Below, piece by piece: positions 33,280 through 48,800 of a stretch of 64,000 nt of DNA. The position numbers were made by a program, and so were the translations under genes. The notes beneath the pieces are model-generated. The model made no database searches. It had not been told where the DNA came from and was given only the letters and a program-made list of their open reading frames with translations. The stretch is from Microthyrium microscopicum (lineage: Eukaryota). The stretch covers positions 1,933,530-1,997,529 of the forward strand of contig MU004238.1 in the NCBI GenBank assembly GCA_010405405.1, given 5' to 3'. Positions within the stretch are counted from its first letter, which is position 1; every line of letters begins with the position of its first letter.

Positions 33280-36202
33280 GGTCAGGACTGGTCGCCGGGG
33301 CGGACTCAGCTTGGGTGTAATTTGAGAGGGCGGTGATGTGGGTATATCAGGCACGCATCAGACATCAGACGAGTTCTGACATTGAACAAGGTTGATGGTG
33401 AAATCTTGGCAAGCTTCGAATATTCGCCCTGGCAGCTCCGTTTAGGGACCAGGGCAGGTGGGGGTGGAGGGGCGGGGCGGCTCTTTCCGTCTGTTTCACC
33501 ATCGAGGGCTCCGTCCCAAGGTCCGCAGCTCGAAACGATGCGCCACAGATACACGTGATGCAAGCTAAGTGTATCATGTATGTAATAAAATATTGAGCTA
33601 AAGTTCCGAAAATATCTCAGAATGAACCATTAGCGCAGAATCGCAAACCCCCCTGCGATATAAAGGCTTGCCCCCCTGTAAGAGAAATGGCCGAAGAACG
33701 ACCAACCTCTCTAGGGGCATCATTGATAGGGGCTCCATTCTTATCCAATAATCACCGCGCAAAGCTCCCGTATTCTGAAGCTCCTAAAAAGAAGCGAAGA
33801 AGGAAGACTCGAGTTCCGCGACGATCGAATTGGCGCTAACTCTATTTCATCTTTAAATCAACAACCACATTTTGAACTGAACATGTTGATCCTTATCAAC
33901 TCACCGTCAGCTATCGTCCTAGCACAACCCAAACGAGAGATCGTCCCACTTGCGCCTCCAAACTTCTCTCTGTCTCTCAAGAGTTATGCAGCACTCACGC
34001 GACCCGGCTCTTCCTAAGAATCCGCCAATCTTTTGCTCCATCTTTTTGCCAGCCCACGAGTAACTGGTGGCTTGCAGTTCAAGGAGGGGCGCTGAGAAGC
34101 TTTGCTGCGCCGTCGATGTCATGGAGAAAAGCATTGTTTCCATTTTCTCGCCCTCCGAGCGTCAGTTCTTCTCGACTCCGCAAGCCACCGCAGACGTGCA
34201 GTTGTGCGAACAGGGGTTTGTTGAACTGCTGCGAGTCTACTGTATGGTCCAGCTCAGAGCTGTCTTCTAAGCTCCGGCAAGTCGTGCTCTCTGTTCCTGC
34301 TGTGCCCGGTAACATGAGAGACCACGAGTAGTACAAATTACAATCTAAAGCAAGGACGCGATCCGCGAACAGCAGCATCGTCGCATTTGATGGCGGAAAC
34401 TCGCACTGGCGTACAACTAGAACCTGGTGTGCGGGTGCAGAAATTCGCTAGCAACAAGGCGAGCAAGACCACCTCCCTGTTCCTGGCACAGAAGGAAAAC
34501 AATATACTAAAATCCGAAAAGTATGCTGTACAACCCCCACTGTTGGTTGGTTGATGGTTGAAGTGTGACGAAATCACACAGCTTGTAAAGAAATACCGCT
34601 GTTGTTTGCAGCGATACTCCAAAGCAGCAAAAGCTGTCGTCAAAACATTTTATCTGCAGACGCAAGACCGGTCCACCGTTGAAGCTGAGGTGGGGTCTTA
34701 TTCGAGCTTTGCTTCCGTAAATGGAACGATGGGATGATTCTTTTTACCAGATTTGAATCAGAGCCAAGTCAGCCAACGCATACAGTGAACGCATACAGTA
34801 AAATCCAGCGATGAAGTTGGCCCCAAAAGAGGAAGCTTGCCATGCAAATCCGCCTGCAATATGTACATGCTTGGTCACCTACAAACCACGTTGATTTGCT
34901 CACGCTCAACGGTTGCAGTCCGCAGAGGCTGTGCCACCGAGAACCTCGAGGTAGGTATTATGTGTTCTGTGTACATGGTGTCATGGTATCGTGCTTGGTA
35001 CTGCAAGAGTTGGCCAATGACCACTACTTCAGTGACTCTATACTCAGAGAACCTTCTCACTGCTCAGCCTGGGAGCCAAATCCATCTCGGTCTCGCCTTA
35101 TGCATTGCGCAAACAAGATACTGCATATGCACCGGACCTTACTCCGATAGCTGCCTTTTGAGCCACTTGAGAATGATGGTATGATACAAGCTGATACTCT
35201 CATCAAGTACCTCAAGTCACTCCCGAGACATCAGGTCGCGTCTATCGCATAGAATAAACAATATAAGCATTTATCGTGATAATCACCGAACCACCTAACC
35301 TACCTACCCACTAAACAACTCATCATACATATCAGTGGATTGTTTAGGCAGCCTCGTCGAAATAATTTTCTACACCATACAGTGTCAGATCAAATACGGT
35401 GATAAAAATAGCAAGGTTGTTCTGAAATCCGAGTATGGGGATACGCTATTGACAAATGGATTGCAATGCCTGGATAGTACGCATAAGACCTACTCCTACA
35501 TGTACTTATCTAATCTGCTTGTAAGCTCGCTAACCTACCCAGTAAATAGGAAAGGATTGTCACTAAGACACTTCAAATGATCACAAATTATCTAGGTCTG
35601 ACGGATTGGGCAACGAGAAGGTACATTACCAATGATTACGTGAAAGTACCAGACTTTGAATCTCAATTTATAGGAAAGCCAAAGGCAGGGGAGGTAATCG
35701 GATGATTGAGAAGTAAAATCACAAAAGGCAAGAAGCATCAAGACAAAGGTTTGAAATCAAGCAGTCTATTAGATCTGTGTATATACAACAGTAACTTTGC
35801 GAAATGGTACATAAGAAAAGTCATCAATGAAAATGATTCTGACGTTGCGGCAAACCATGGTTAGTGGTAACAAGAACCTCCAAAACTCCATGTTTGTTCC
35901 CAAATACTCCTTGAACACCAGAGCCAGCCGACCGGCTCAATTTCCCCAAACCTCCCAGCAAATTCCCCAATGCGCCGATGTAAATGGAGGCCAATGTATA
36001 AACCGCAAATCCGTAAAACTCCAATCTAACCAATTCGCCAAACCGCTTTTGCAAATGAATCATGTTTTGAGGAAACTATGGAAAGAACACACGGGAATAG
36101 ACATTATTCCTGATAACAGGTAGGAAGGAGAATTCGAGACATTACGCGGGTAGAAACCACAAGTCTATAAAGATTCTCGTAAAGTCGTTAATGTTTGTTG
36201 AT

Positions 36203-39200
36203 TTATGCCTTGACGCGAAGACCGGAACGGATGTGTTGCCCAAGGTTCTCAGCCTATTGGAAGGTTAGTCAACGTTCTTGATGAAGGATGTGTGATTGAA
36301 CTTACGTGAGGCTCCTTCATCATGGTAAAGTGATTTCCACCCATGACGAGGAATTCCATGCTGTCTGGAAGGACTTGTGCCCAACCATTGTCGGTGAAGT
36401 CTGTTCGGTTGTTGAGCAACCACTTCATTGGGGCTGGGTCTTCACCCTCAGCCTGTGGTGGGCGTGGGTCGCCTGGGTTGGGGCAGACACCATCGGTGCA
36501 CCAGATAGCTGTGGTTGGCGGGCCTTTACCCTTGGGGAATGGTGTGGGTACATAGTCGGTGAGAGCTTGAATGGTGGCAGCGAAGTGAGGTAGGAGCCAG
36601 CCAGGAGTTCCACCAGCCTTGCCGGTACCGAGAAGGCCGATGGAGTCGAAGAAGATGTGCAGACGAGCGGGGAGAGGATCGAGTGCGACAGGGCAGGGAG
36701 CATCAATAAGAACAAGACGCTCAACCTCTTGGCCGGCGTTGATAAGTTGTTGGCTGACTTCAAAGGCGAAGACACCTCCAGCTGACCAACCACCGACAAG
36801 ATAAGGGCCCTCGGGTTGACGCTTGCGGATTTCGTTCATGTAGAGGGCTGAGACACCCTCAACACCGCAGGTAAAGTCCTTGGGGCTTTTCATGAATGGG
36901 CAGTTGAGTCCATAGACTGCAACATCAGGAGAGATGTTAGGGATGGAAACGTAGGAAGTGGCACTACCTGATCCATCGGGAACGAGGAAAAGCTTCTTCG
37001 AGGCAATGCGAGGGTTGCCTTGAAGAAGAACGGAGTTGGCAGGGGGAAGGTGGGAGACATCCTGCTTGGGGGCGGATGCGAGCTTTTCATTGACTTGGTC
37101 GAGCTGGGGACGGCGAGGCTTGGAGGATTTCTGCTTAGGGGCGGGAGCGGCAGCGACGGCCTTTGGGCGCATGCCCAGGGCGTTCTCGATATCCTCGATG
37201 GTTCCGTTGGTGACGAGAAAGGTTGATGGAAGATCAACTCCAGTTTGCTCACGAAGAGCACCGAGGATGGCCAAGCTCAAGAGTGAATCCATGCCCATCT
37301 CGGCGAGTTCAGCCTTGTCGGTGATCTCGGAGACGTCAACATCCATTTCCTCCGCAACGATCTTGCGAGCAAGACTTGGACCGCTGCCGGATGACTGGAC
37401 TTGGGCAACAACGGGCTTGGTAGCCTCGGGCTTCTCGTAGACGCTGGGAGCGGTGCTTGGGGCAGAGCTGGCTGGAGTGCTAACCTCACCATCATCATAA
37501 GGAGTTTCGACATCCGACGCGGTGTCAGAAGAATCGGAATCGGCAACATCATCGATAGGGGCGGCACCATCATATTGAGCGAAGAACTTCTTCATCTGTC
37601 CAACTGTGGGATAGTCGGTAAACAAGGAAGAGCTGATCTCAAGTTGAAGATCCTCGCGGAACTTAGCGGAGATGGTCAAGCTAAGGAGAGAGTCGACTCC
37701 AAGGTTCTCAAAGGCAGCTTCCTCAACAAGCTCGGACATGTCGACTTCAGTCTCCTCGGCAATGATCTTCATCACGCGAGCAGTGATAGAGTTTTTGGAG
37801 GCAGGAGCCTTTGCAATCTTTTTTGCCTTTTCGACCTTGGCAGCAGAGACTTTGGTGACATTGGAGCGCTGAGTTTGAGCTGGCGCAACAACAGCGCGAG
37901 GAGCTTGAGCAGCTGGGGTTGGGACAGAGACTGGGGCTGGGAGAGCTTTTGCCGCGGATTTGCCAGCAGCCTTTGGTGGTGGAACCATGACATTCATCGC
38001 ACGACGAGGAATGCCTTGGAACTTGAGACCACGGACCAGGGCAATGATCTCCTCACCATCAAAGACATAGACGTCACCAACCGACATGTTGCGAGCAGCT
38101 GGCTGCATGCGAACGTAGGACTGATAAGTCTTCTCAACAGACAGAGGGCGAGCGATCTTGATAGACTCCCAACCGTGAGAGATGAAGACATGCTCATCAG
38201 AGTTGACAGTATCGGTAGCATTGACAATGAAACCGGAAAGATGTGCAATGGAGTCAATCCAGTATGGAGCGCAGAAGAACTCGCCATCCTTGTCGGTAGT
38301 CTGGAAACGGATCTTGGCAGTAGCCTCAGTCTCTTTGCCGTCAAGGACAACTTCCTCCATACCACGGTAGGCAGGAGCATAGTCGACCAGGGCCTTGAAA
38401 AGCTTGTAAGCCATACCACGGAGGATCTTGTGAGCAGCACCAGTCTGAAGCTTCTGCTTGAGAAGGTCAACCTGGGATTGCACCATGAATTGGGTGCGGT
38501 TCCACTCAGTGAGCCAGGCCTCTGGGTTTTCAAGCTTGACGAGACCATGACCATGGTCTTGGAGAAGTTCGCCAGTTGGTGTGACAGTGCGGAACTTGAG
38601 GTGGATTTGACGCTCGTTCATATCACCAACGGCTTCCATCTCAAGGAATTGTCCTTCTGCCGGAGGTGGGATGATGGCAACCAATGGCTTGTGCACCTCC
38701 ATTTGGCAGACATCGAAAGCGACGGGCTCGCCAGCAGGGCGGAGTTGCTTATACATATAATCCGCAACAGTCATTGCCATGTCGGCGTACAAGGAGGATG
38801 GGCAAAGAGGAGAGCCGTTGACGAGATGGCCACTGACTGCTGCATGGAGCTTAGGCTCTGCCATATTGGAGCGGATGACGACGGTGCCGCTGTTGGCATG
38901 AAGCTCTTCGAAAACAATCTTTTGGCAAGAAGTGGTGGAAAGCTTAGAAGGAGCTTCAATGATAGCCTCAACCTTCTTCTCCACAACAGCTGGAGCTTCA
39001 CCCTTAGTGAGAGTCCAGTTGTTGGTGTACTCCAACCAGTATCGCTTGTTGTCGAAGGAGTAGGTTGGCAGAACCAAAAGATCGTGGGCGGCATTAAACT
39101 CTCGGTGGTACTCATTGAAGTCGATGGCGACACCAGCCAAGTAAAGGGAGGTCAAACTGGTAGCCAAAGTCTTCCAAGGATCTTCACCACGACGGAGAGA

Positions 39201-42200
39201 TGGAGCAGTTACTGGAGTACCATCGAGAGAAGAGCGAACCATGCCAGAGCAAACTGGGTGAGCACCAACCTCAACCCAGGCAGTCTTCTCGTCAAAGATC
39301 TTCTCGTCAGAGCCCTGGGAGAGAGCTGCCCAGAAGTTGACAGTCTCGCGAGCGTGACGGGCCAAGTAATCGGGGCCAATGATGCCGGCTTCAGTGATAA
39401 CATCACCAGTGAGAGGAGAGAGAACTGGAACGGCTGGCTTGTTGAAGCTAACGGCACCAGCTGCCTTCTTGAAGGCTTCAAGGATTGGGTCAACTTGAGC
39501 GGAGTGGAAAGCGAATGGAACATTGAGCTTGGTGCTCTTGAAGCCCTTGGGGGCGACAATCTCGTTGACACGAGCAATGACATCAGCAGTTCCACAGAGA
39601 ACAGTCTCCTCAGGTCCGTTGATGCAAGCGACCTCGGGCATATTGTCTCCTAGCAACTCTTCCATGGTCTCAACGCTAGCCTTAACGGCAAGCATTCCAT
39701 GGGTATACTTGGTGCAATCGCGCTCAAGGAGCTCAGCACGGCGACCGACAAGAAGAATCATGTCGGCAGCGGAGATGACACCAGCCACGTGAAGAGCAGC
39801 ATACTCGCCGAGACTGTGACCAATAACCGCAACTGGCTTCATGCCCCAGGATCCCCACATTCTGGCCAAGGCGACTTGAATGCAAGACATTCCAAGTTGA
39901 ACAACAACAGGGGACAAGGTGGTGACATCGGTTCCGTCCAAGAGTGGAATGAATGATGGGAAACCCTGAAGACGAGCAGCAGCGTCAAGCTGGTCAATAT
40001 CGGCACGGAAGCTAGAGACATCCTCGTACAGCTTCTTTCCGAGTCCAGTGTACTGAGAGCCCTGGCCAGTGAAAGTAAAGGCAACCTTGGTAGGAACCAT
40101 AGCAGTTGGGCTGTAGGTATCCTTGATTTGCGCGAGAAGGCTTTCCTTGACCTTGCTCATGTCATTGACAGTGAAAGCCACACGGTAGTTGTGCTGAATG
40201 CGGCGAGCAGTGCTGGTGTATGCCAAGCTTGGAAGGGTGACATCCTTGTTGTTTCCAAGGAATTCCACAGTGCTAAGAATGTTGCGCTTCAATGAAGCAA
40301 TGGAGCGTGCGGAAATAGTGACAAGGTGGGTGCCACGGGGATCAGTATTGGCGTTGGTGGTACGGAGAGGACCGTCTTCAATAAGAAGAGCAGTGTTACC
40401 ACCAGCGGCACTGAAATTGTTCAAGAAAACACGACGAGGCTCAGCGCCCTTGCGAGGGAAGTCAATCTGAGTAGTCGGGATGTTGACCATACGCTGGCCT
40501 AAATCCTTGGGGAAAGTCTGGTTGATGATTCCCTTGATACCAACGTTGGCTGGGATTGCATTCTTCTGCAGCATCATCAAGACCTTGACAAGAGAATTGA
40601 TACCAGAAGCTGCTTCACCGTGGCCAATGTTAGCCTTCACGGCTCCAAGGTAGAGAGGCTGATCCGCATTGCGCTGACGGTTGCGTGGAGCAAAGGTGTT
40701 GCTGACACTGGTCATCTCAATGCCGTCTCCGGCTTGAGTACCAGTTCCATGCATTTCGACGTAGGAGATGTCGTGAGCATCGACACCAGCCTCGGCCAGA
40801 ACCTTCTTGTACAAGAATTCCTGAGCACCGGCGTGAGGGTGGGTAATGGAAACGGCCTCAGCGGAGTGATTGGTTCCAGCGCCAAGAATGCAACCAAGGA
40901 TGTTATCGTTATCAGCGATCGCATCCTCGTAGCGCTTCAAAACGACAGATCCACAACCGTCACCACGGCAGTAACCGTCAGCTCCATTGTCGTAAGTCTT
41001 GCAGCTGCCAGTCTTAGACAAGAATTGACCCTTGGAAAGACCCGAGAAAATATCAGGGTTGGTCAAGACATTGAGACCGCCAGCGCAGGCAGTATCGCAG
41101 TCACCGGCCCAAAGCGAGGTGCAAGCCAATTGGATAGCGGACAAACTAGAAGAGCAAGCAGTATCAATGCTGTATGACGGACCGGAGAATTTGAAATAAT
41201 AGTTGATTCTACCGGGAGCAAAAGCACGCACACCACCTGTAATGAAGTAGGTGTCGATGTTCTGGGCTGCGTTGATTTCTCTCCAGTCATCGGAAGTCTG
41301 ACCGTAAAAAGTTCCAATTCTGTGGAGGCGAGTCGATGGTGTACGATTGGGAACGTATCCAGAAGACTCAAGAGCCTCGTAGGCAGTGACCAAGGCTAGA
41401 CGACCCATAGGATCGGTCTGCGCGGCTTCGCGAGGAGACATGTTGAAGAACCGGGGGTCGAATAGACCAGGCTCGTCAATGAAGCATCCATATGGCGTAT
41501 GAGACTTGTTCTTGCCCTTGCCAGTGGGATCGCAGTGAGCCTGGGCGTCGAATCGGTCCTTTGGCACCTCGCGGTGGACATCGAGACCTTGCTCGAGAAG
41601 TTTCCACAACTCCTCTTGGTTGGCAGCACCAGGGAAACGACCAGACATGCCCACAATTGCGATCTTGTCGTGCTGAGTACGACCATAGCTCGGTGCTGGA
41701 GCGCCCCAAGTGGTATGATCGCGAGTAGTCAAGTTCGATTGACCGCCAGCCTTGAGAGCCGAGACCAAGCTGTTAGCGACGTTGGTGACGCCCATGGCAG
41801 AGACCGTGCATTCGCTGCCACCAGCCATGATCTGTGAGACGGCTTCATTGAGGAGCTGGTCCCAGCGAACTGGCAGCTCAAGAATCTCGCGAAGAGCAAT
41901 TTCAAAGAGCTCAACAGCGCTGGTGGCCTCATGGCATTGTCCAGTGACTGCTGAATGGACAAGGCCAGCAGGTCGGAAAAATCGAAGATTGGCTTTGGTA
42001 GCCTCATCGAGAATTACGCCAGCTTGTGCTGAAGAGTGGAGGTGCGCAGCGTGGTATGGCGCATAGACGGGGATGGGCACGCGGTGGCTGCTTTTGAAGG
42101 CGTCGCTCTCCTCGAACAGAGCTTTGGTGGTGGACGGTGGTCCGCTGATCGTGACAGCCATCACGCTAACGGCGCTGACATAAGCATGTTTTGAAACTGG

Positions 42201-42840
42201 GAGAGCCTTGGCATTGTGGAACGCTGCTAGCGCTTCTGTGGCCAACTTCTCGTTGGTGTTGGTAACAATCGTCGACCAGCTCTCCTGCTGTCTCGACGCA
42301 GGCTCCAAAATATCGCGGGAGTTGCCAACAACAGATCCAGTTCTGAACGAAATCCGCACTGCCTCGACTGCTAGAGGTAGCAAATCGCTCAAAGACTTGG
42401 AGCATGCAACAGCAGTAGCTGCAATCAATCCAGTGCACAGACCAATGAATCGTGTGTCCGCTGGGTTTGGCACTTGTTCTGGGTTCTCACAGTAGTACCT
42501 GCAGGAACATAAGGTCAGTGCTCTGTTCAAAAGTCTATCCATGCAAGGCGATGAGTACTTACCCGATGTAATGTCCGAGTTGTGAAATCGTCACAAACAC
42601 GCTCTCGAGCTGTGGTACCTTGCTTGCACTCTCATGATAAGCTGATACTAGGTTCGAGATTGTGAGGAAATCAGGAATCTGATCTCGCTGTGACTTGGGT
42701 AGGCGTGCAACTTCCTCTCGGAGTGCAGCACTGCTTCTTTCAAGGAATGTGGTGAGAAGAGAGTTGTCTTTTCGTGAGCAAATCTTTCGCAATAGCGGGA
42801 TCTGATCGGCCGTTTGGTCGCCAAAGATTTGGACGTTCAT
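36203..42840 (-). CDS. PKS1: Non-reducing iterative type I PKS for DHN melanin (SAT-KS-AT-PT-ACP-ACP-TE); introns 42499-42562 and 36254-36305
   Basis: FGDQT and GLCTG (SAT), DTACSSSL and HGTGT (KS), GHSLGE and AFHS (AT), GHLVNG (PT), two ACPs (LGVDSLL, MGMDSLL), TE GWSAGG/GNHF. The last exon reads AENLGQHIRSGLRVKA*. Linked to CMR1 and prefoldin 3. Confidence 0.95.
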
Positions 42841-45800
42841 GATGGCGATGTGAAGTTGGTGAACTGAAGGGGTATCTCAGAATTAAGAAGGGGGTCAAAG
42901 GTGATATTAGGTTGACAACCGCAATATGGCGGACTGTCGAAGGTCTACCGTCTATAAATGAAAGAGCCGGGTATGTTGGCGTACGTCTTGACAATGGTGT
43001 GATCGATTTTGGCCTAGGTGAGAGGAATGTACAGCGATGGTATTACAGACTCGGAGAAGACAGGAGCAAGGGGTCCACGCGTTGATGAGGTTATTGGTAT
43101 TATGATTGTTGATTAGGTATGGAAGGTTGGTGAACGTGGCACTCTTGTATGTCTATACCGGTCCTGGGGGAGTGAGAGTTTGGGTGATGGTTTGAACTAA
43201 TGAGAGGAGGGTACGCCGAGCATATTTGTACAAAGCGATCGAGGCTGAAGTCGCTTGTCTGTGCTTGGTCGAAGCGCAGATCAGTTAATCACACTGAGCT
43301 CAAACTGGTAGACTCAGGCGCACCTAAGCAGTGAACAGTATCTCGGAGCACGGACAGCGGGTACGGGGTAGCCTGGGTAGTCGAAGAAGTGGGTTTATCG
43401 CCCTCGATAATGCCGAACAACAGGTGTAGCAGCACGATTGACGTGAGCTTGCCAAATACACTGTGGCGTACTACAACTAGCATCCGAGGGGGATCCGCCA
43501 GATAGTTTACGGATAGCTATTGTTAGAGTGCCCCGGCGACGGCATGGCGCAGTGGTATTCAAGCTCCGCGCCTTACAGAACGTTAAGGATAAGATAACGA
43601 GCAGCGTTGAGACGGAGCCGTTGCGGCCAGTGCACAATGAGTTGTCTCGAGAGATGTCAGTTTAGTTCGGCTCCCCAACCCATGACCGTGGCTCGGCGGC
43701 TTTGAAGCTAAGATCCACACACCAGTGTCCGTGTCAATAACAAGTAGATGTTTTTATTCTGCAATTATGTCAGCCATTGAATGCAAGCAAGCACAAGTAG
43801 AGAGACTCCTTGAAACACATAGCGGGCGATTGGCCAGGGCTGGCAGAAAGGGTTTTGTTTTGAAGATGGGATTTGATACACTTGCCAGTAGTGGCGTGCG
43901 AACGTGAATACTGTGAACACAGAAGCCATGACGCATCATGGGTTGCGAACAGGTACCGGAGACATTCATGAGCCTATCATAGCGCATTTAATGTCCGTTC
44001 CTCAAGTGATACTATGGCGCTGTAATTCTGTGTATTAGTTTTAGACAAATTGTACTGAGGTTACGAGTACAAGCGCCAGAACCCACTTTCAGGCGCGCTC
44101 TTACCGTTCACCACGTACAAGAGGTGGATCAAAGAAAACTAGGCAGTTGAAGGCTTAGCCTACTTAGCAAAATAGGAGTTAGGAACCATGTCGTTTTGCT
44201 GCAGTCTGACGATGTATTTCGGCTCATGGTAGGTGGCTGCGCACCTTTCAATAAGGCGTGCACATCACAACTACACCTATCAAGCCGCCAAAGTTGAGAT
44301 CTCAGATTTGGCCTGGCATGACACTGGGACCCCTTGGCTGAGCCGCAAATGGACATTCTAGAGCAGATTTTCAACCCCAGACAAGTCTGAGGTGATGCGG
44401 ATTGGCAGGCTCCCTTGTCATGTCGACAACTGCGGCAGGGCTGGGAGGTGCTGCCGAAAGATCGACAGCGCCAAACGCCGTAAGAAACACTGACAAAAGA
44501 CTCGCAAGTCTCGGATGATAGTGCAGGTTCAAATCAGATAAGGAACAAGCCGTTGAATTGCATGTGAGGCATCCCAATTGCCATCTCGTTTGGTGAGGAA
44601 AGGAGTGAAGTACGGTCAGAGGGAGAGCCACACAGCACGTGCGGCTTACAGGTGCCTGGCTAGAATCGACTGTGCGAGATGGAGGGGAGGCCTCGCGCAA
44701 CTTCGACTTTCAAGCAAGGGAAGCGATATGCGTAATTATGTTCCGAAAAAGGCACAGAACGGGCACATAACTAGTTTCAATGTTCGCGCAGAAAAGAAAC
44801 AGATTGAGCTTTGGCAGCCTTGATTTTGAGGAGATTATAGCGTCGTTAGTTTTTCAGAATAGGGCAATGCATGCAATTCCAGACTCTGGGTATCTGGTAG
44901 CATCCGATAATCGAGAGTAGAGTAGTGGCAGGTACAAGGTTATCGTAGGCTGAGTGGTGGTGGTTTGAGGTACCTAGCTAGCACCCAAGCAGCCTGTGTT
45001 TCCACTCTTTTTGCAGTTTCGAAATACTCGCAGCATTGCAACAACTACCCATCATCAACCAACAATGTTCCTTCTACTTTCCGGGGCGAGAGTGCCTGTT
45101 TGGTGGACTACAATTGCCTGCGCTGCTGCAGTTTAGATTCAAGCTGCATTTCGAGACCACTAATTGATGGCGGGGGTCGACGGCAATGAGGCAATGAGGC
45201 TGGTGGTTGCAGCTCTCGAAGTCTCGAGCACAGCAACAGGTCGAGGTCGAGCGCTCCTGCAATCGTGAGTGGGACGTTAGGGAAGTCAAGATCCCGAAAA
45301 TAGCAAGAACCAGGGGCACCCCGTGTCAATTACCAAGCTCGGGTTATTTTAAAATTACGGGCTCACAAACCCCTAGTCTAGCTTGACTAGCTTCCCACGC
45401 ATCCTGACTAATCTTTCAGCCTCATTGCAAGCTAGCCTTGTTGGTGCTTCCCACTCTGCATCGACATGTACTCTTGAGACTTGCAGATGTGAGTCGCCAT
45501 CAGAAACCACAATACCTTGGATTACTCTAGTCCTGATGCTGCAACTCAAACCATCATAGGTACTGTCGGACTGCCTCGGACTTCATCTGCGTATCAGACC
45601 ATTATCAATCCACGGCTTTCTCGCGACATCATACATGCCACTACTGCATCTCTCACTGTACCAACATAGCTTACTCTTTGCTTGCAATCAAGGAGAATAT
45701 CTGCTGTGCAAGAATCTGTTACTTCATGCTCAGCTTACCTGTATTCTGCTGGTCCCAAAGTACGGAATCCGTTTGAAAGTACTTTGTGTACTCACTGACT

Positions 45801-48800
45801 CCATAAAATTCTGTTTGCCCTTGGTACCTTCACTCTTGTCACAAACACTGCAAAGGCGTATTGAGTGGTTCGGCTCGTTTACGCTCGTTGATTCAGCTTA
45901 TACTTCTGCATGATTGAACAGATGTCACTGCCAGCCATGTTTCCATTCCGAGGAAATTGATGCAAAAACACTGTGAAGGATTGCATATGATCCCACGTCA
46001 TACATGATTGTTATCTTGACATTGTTGACTCTATGTCTCTCTTCCATTCCATGCTTGTGATTCATTATTCCAACAAAAGCGTCCGCATACCGCGAGGTAC
46101 ATGTCAAATATCAACGGCTGGGGCCGAACCCGAACACAACAAGCCCAAAACGGGGACCACTGACAAGCTGTATACCTTACCTTACTGTGCTGTGCTCACA
46201 ATCAGATGCTTCTGACAGTCATTTCTTCAATTTCATAGTGATCAGCTTTGACATGCTTCGGTACAATCCGAAGGGCTAACGTGTTTCCTGCTTCTCAATA
46301 AAGGCAAGGTAGCGTTAAAGTCAAAACTTATACCCGGATGTAGAAACCCCATTTTCGGTATAAACAAGCACAATCACATCAAGGAGAAGCTCGTATTGCC
46401 AACAGAACCATGATAGATACCTATATCTCATATACTCATAATTCTTATTGAATCTCATATTGCATTATGGGAAACCATTGCTTGGTCCATCTCGGCGAAC
46501 TGTAGTTCCAAGATCTCTGCCGCACCAATGTCCAACAAGATAGCAAGTCTTCGTACAACCGTGCCCTGTAAAAGATCGTCCTGAGATCTGACATGCCATG
46601 TGGTTGCCTGGCTCAACTTAACTGGAGAACCTGGTCCAATTGTTCTCTCTCTGTCGTTTCCCGATTCCAAACTGTTTCTCGGTTTCTGACGCGGTCCCGA
46701 CGAGACGTGTGTGACCATAGCGCCTCTACAAACATCCTGTGAAAGACTTAAATCATTCCATTATGAGTTAGGTTTGCGTCTAGGCCGTCGATACAGACAA
46801 CGTTTAAGATGAATTATGCATAGCAGACCTAAGTACTCTTAGAGCTCTTCGGGTAAACTTGAAATGGTTTGATTTAGCACATATATTTGTTTTGATCCTT
46901 GATTCGATACATATCCCTTCACGACGCAGCGAGTATTTCGGATAGTGATCAGCCATTGATTCTTCCTGTGGATTAAATCATTTCCCTGGAGAATCGGGGT
47001 GCCCGTGAACTTATTGTTACATTCAAGGTTGTACGATGAAAGAAGTTGTAGTTAGCGAAACCTTCAATTCTAGCACCGCTGATCCGTTATCTTTCCCCGG
47101 ACTCTACTTGTCAAACATTAGTGCAGGTTGTTTTATGCCCCAGCATACGCAGTTCAACGTCTCTCTGCGCCCAGTCCGTTGGGAGCTGATTCTGCCACCT
47201 TGTTGATCATAACTGTCCTTGGCCTGGTGACATTCATGGGGGTCTAGTGCCGGAAAGCCAACGTCGGATAAGCAGAACACCACAATAAGTCCTTCTAGTT
47301 GCATATCTCAGGCTATTAACAGATACATCACAGTGCTTTGATGATGATGGGTATCTCCGGGTTACAAGGAGAGGTACCACTCCAAAAGGGTTATGCAGTG
47401 AACTGGTCGTTTCTCTCCTCCAACCGTCTTATTGATATACACAGGATCAAACCTTAGCCTGCAGAGTTCAAAGGTACAAGGAAAGAATAACCAGACAATA
47501 AGGTATTCTCACAAACCACTGCAGGACTTGAAAACTCTATCCAATTAGCTGGTAACGATGGTGTACTACGTTACTGTGCTATGTATATCACCAACACAGC
47601 AGCGTAGAGTCATAACAAACAACCTTTGAGCTACATGACTACATATATTTGACTATTTTCAAATTCAAACCTGCGCCTGACTGCAAACTTTAGTGAGTTG
47701 TCATGTAGGTAGTCTATGATTAAGCACTGACGAGCATCATATCAACTGGCAATTATCCGTGACAGACTTGTTTCGACCGATGACTGAGCAGAAAGCAAGT
47801 AATAACCTAACATCTTATGCCTATGATTTGCAATGTCGAAAACGACAATACCATCTAATTCAGTTCTAAGTAATTGAGGTGAAAGCATTTTGATGAGCAT
47901 TATTCAAGGTTGTATTGAGTTCGATATGTCAAAGATCAAGCATCCAATATGTAATATACGTTATAAACTGGACCTACAATTCAAGCTGCCAAAGGCGGTC
48001 CAGATATAATATTTGATTCAATCATTTCCATTCGATTTCCTTTCATACATGAGTAAACCAAAAGAATATCAACATGATGAAGTCCTTTTTACACCTGATT
48101 CGGATTTGATATCAGGCTAAGATTCATAACTCCAAAGCAATGCTTCGAATATAATATCTCTAGAGTCTACACTACGTCCAGTTTAAAACATTCATTCTCT
48201 GTAATGCATTTCCTGTTGCTTGAACACTAGACTCTAATCTCCAAAACCGGTCATTTCTCGCTTAATCCAGCAGCAAGATATTCCTAAAAGGGATTGCCTT
48301 TTCACATGCATACAAATCGTAGCTCATCCGGCTTTTCACCGACATTGTCCATAGCGCAAGCCACAAACTAGAGGTGCATCTGATAACAATGCACGATATT
48401 CCTTTGCAGATTATCTCAAAACATCAGATATCCGTAGCACCAGCACACAAACGTCACATCCCCGAGGTATCCAAACCATTGGATTCTTGTTCTCAGCTCT
48501 CCACGTTGAAATAAATTTCTCATGGAAGTCGTGGATTGTATGCTGTGGTACACTCTCACGCCATGGCGCCGTGGTCGCGAGCTAGAACGCGCCTACGAAC
48601 CGCTCAATTCCTTCTAAAGCACGTCCAAGCTTTTTCGTAGCAAATGCTTGAAATGCTTCCCAGCCATTCAATCTTCCGCCCACGAGATTCGAGAAGGAGA
48701 CGCGGCACGCCATTTCCAGCCCCAACAAAGGTGGGGTGATGCTCCACCAGTCGAGGCAGTAGTGATGACCATTGTTTCTAGTTGTTCCGCGTTGTTGAGT

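Noticed and set aside
33687..34650. Short basic ORF (MAEERP...KKKRRRK) and broken frames between prefoldin 3 and the PKS
   Set aside because: No coherent gene model or recognisable domain could be assembled.
37401..39653. 750-aa ORF on the + strand
   Set aside because: Antisense shadow of the strongly codon-biased PKS; non-ATG start and no domain.
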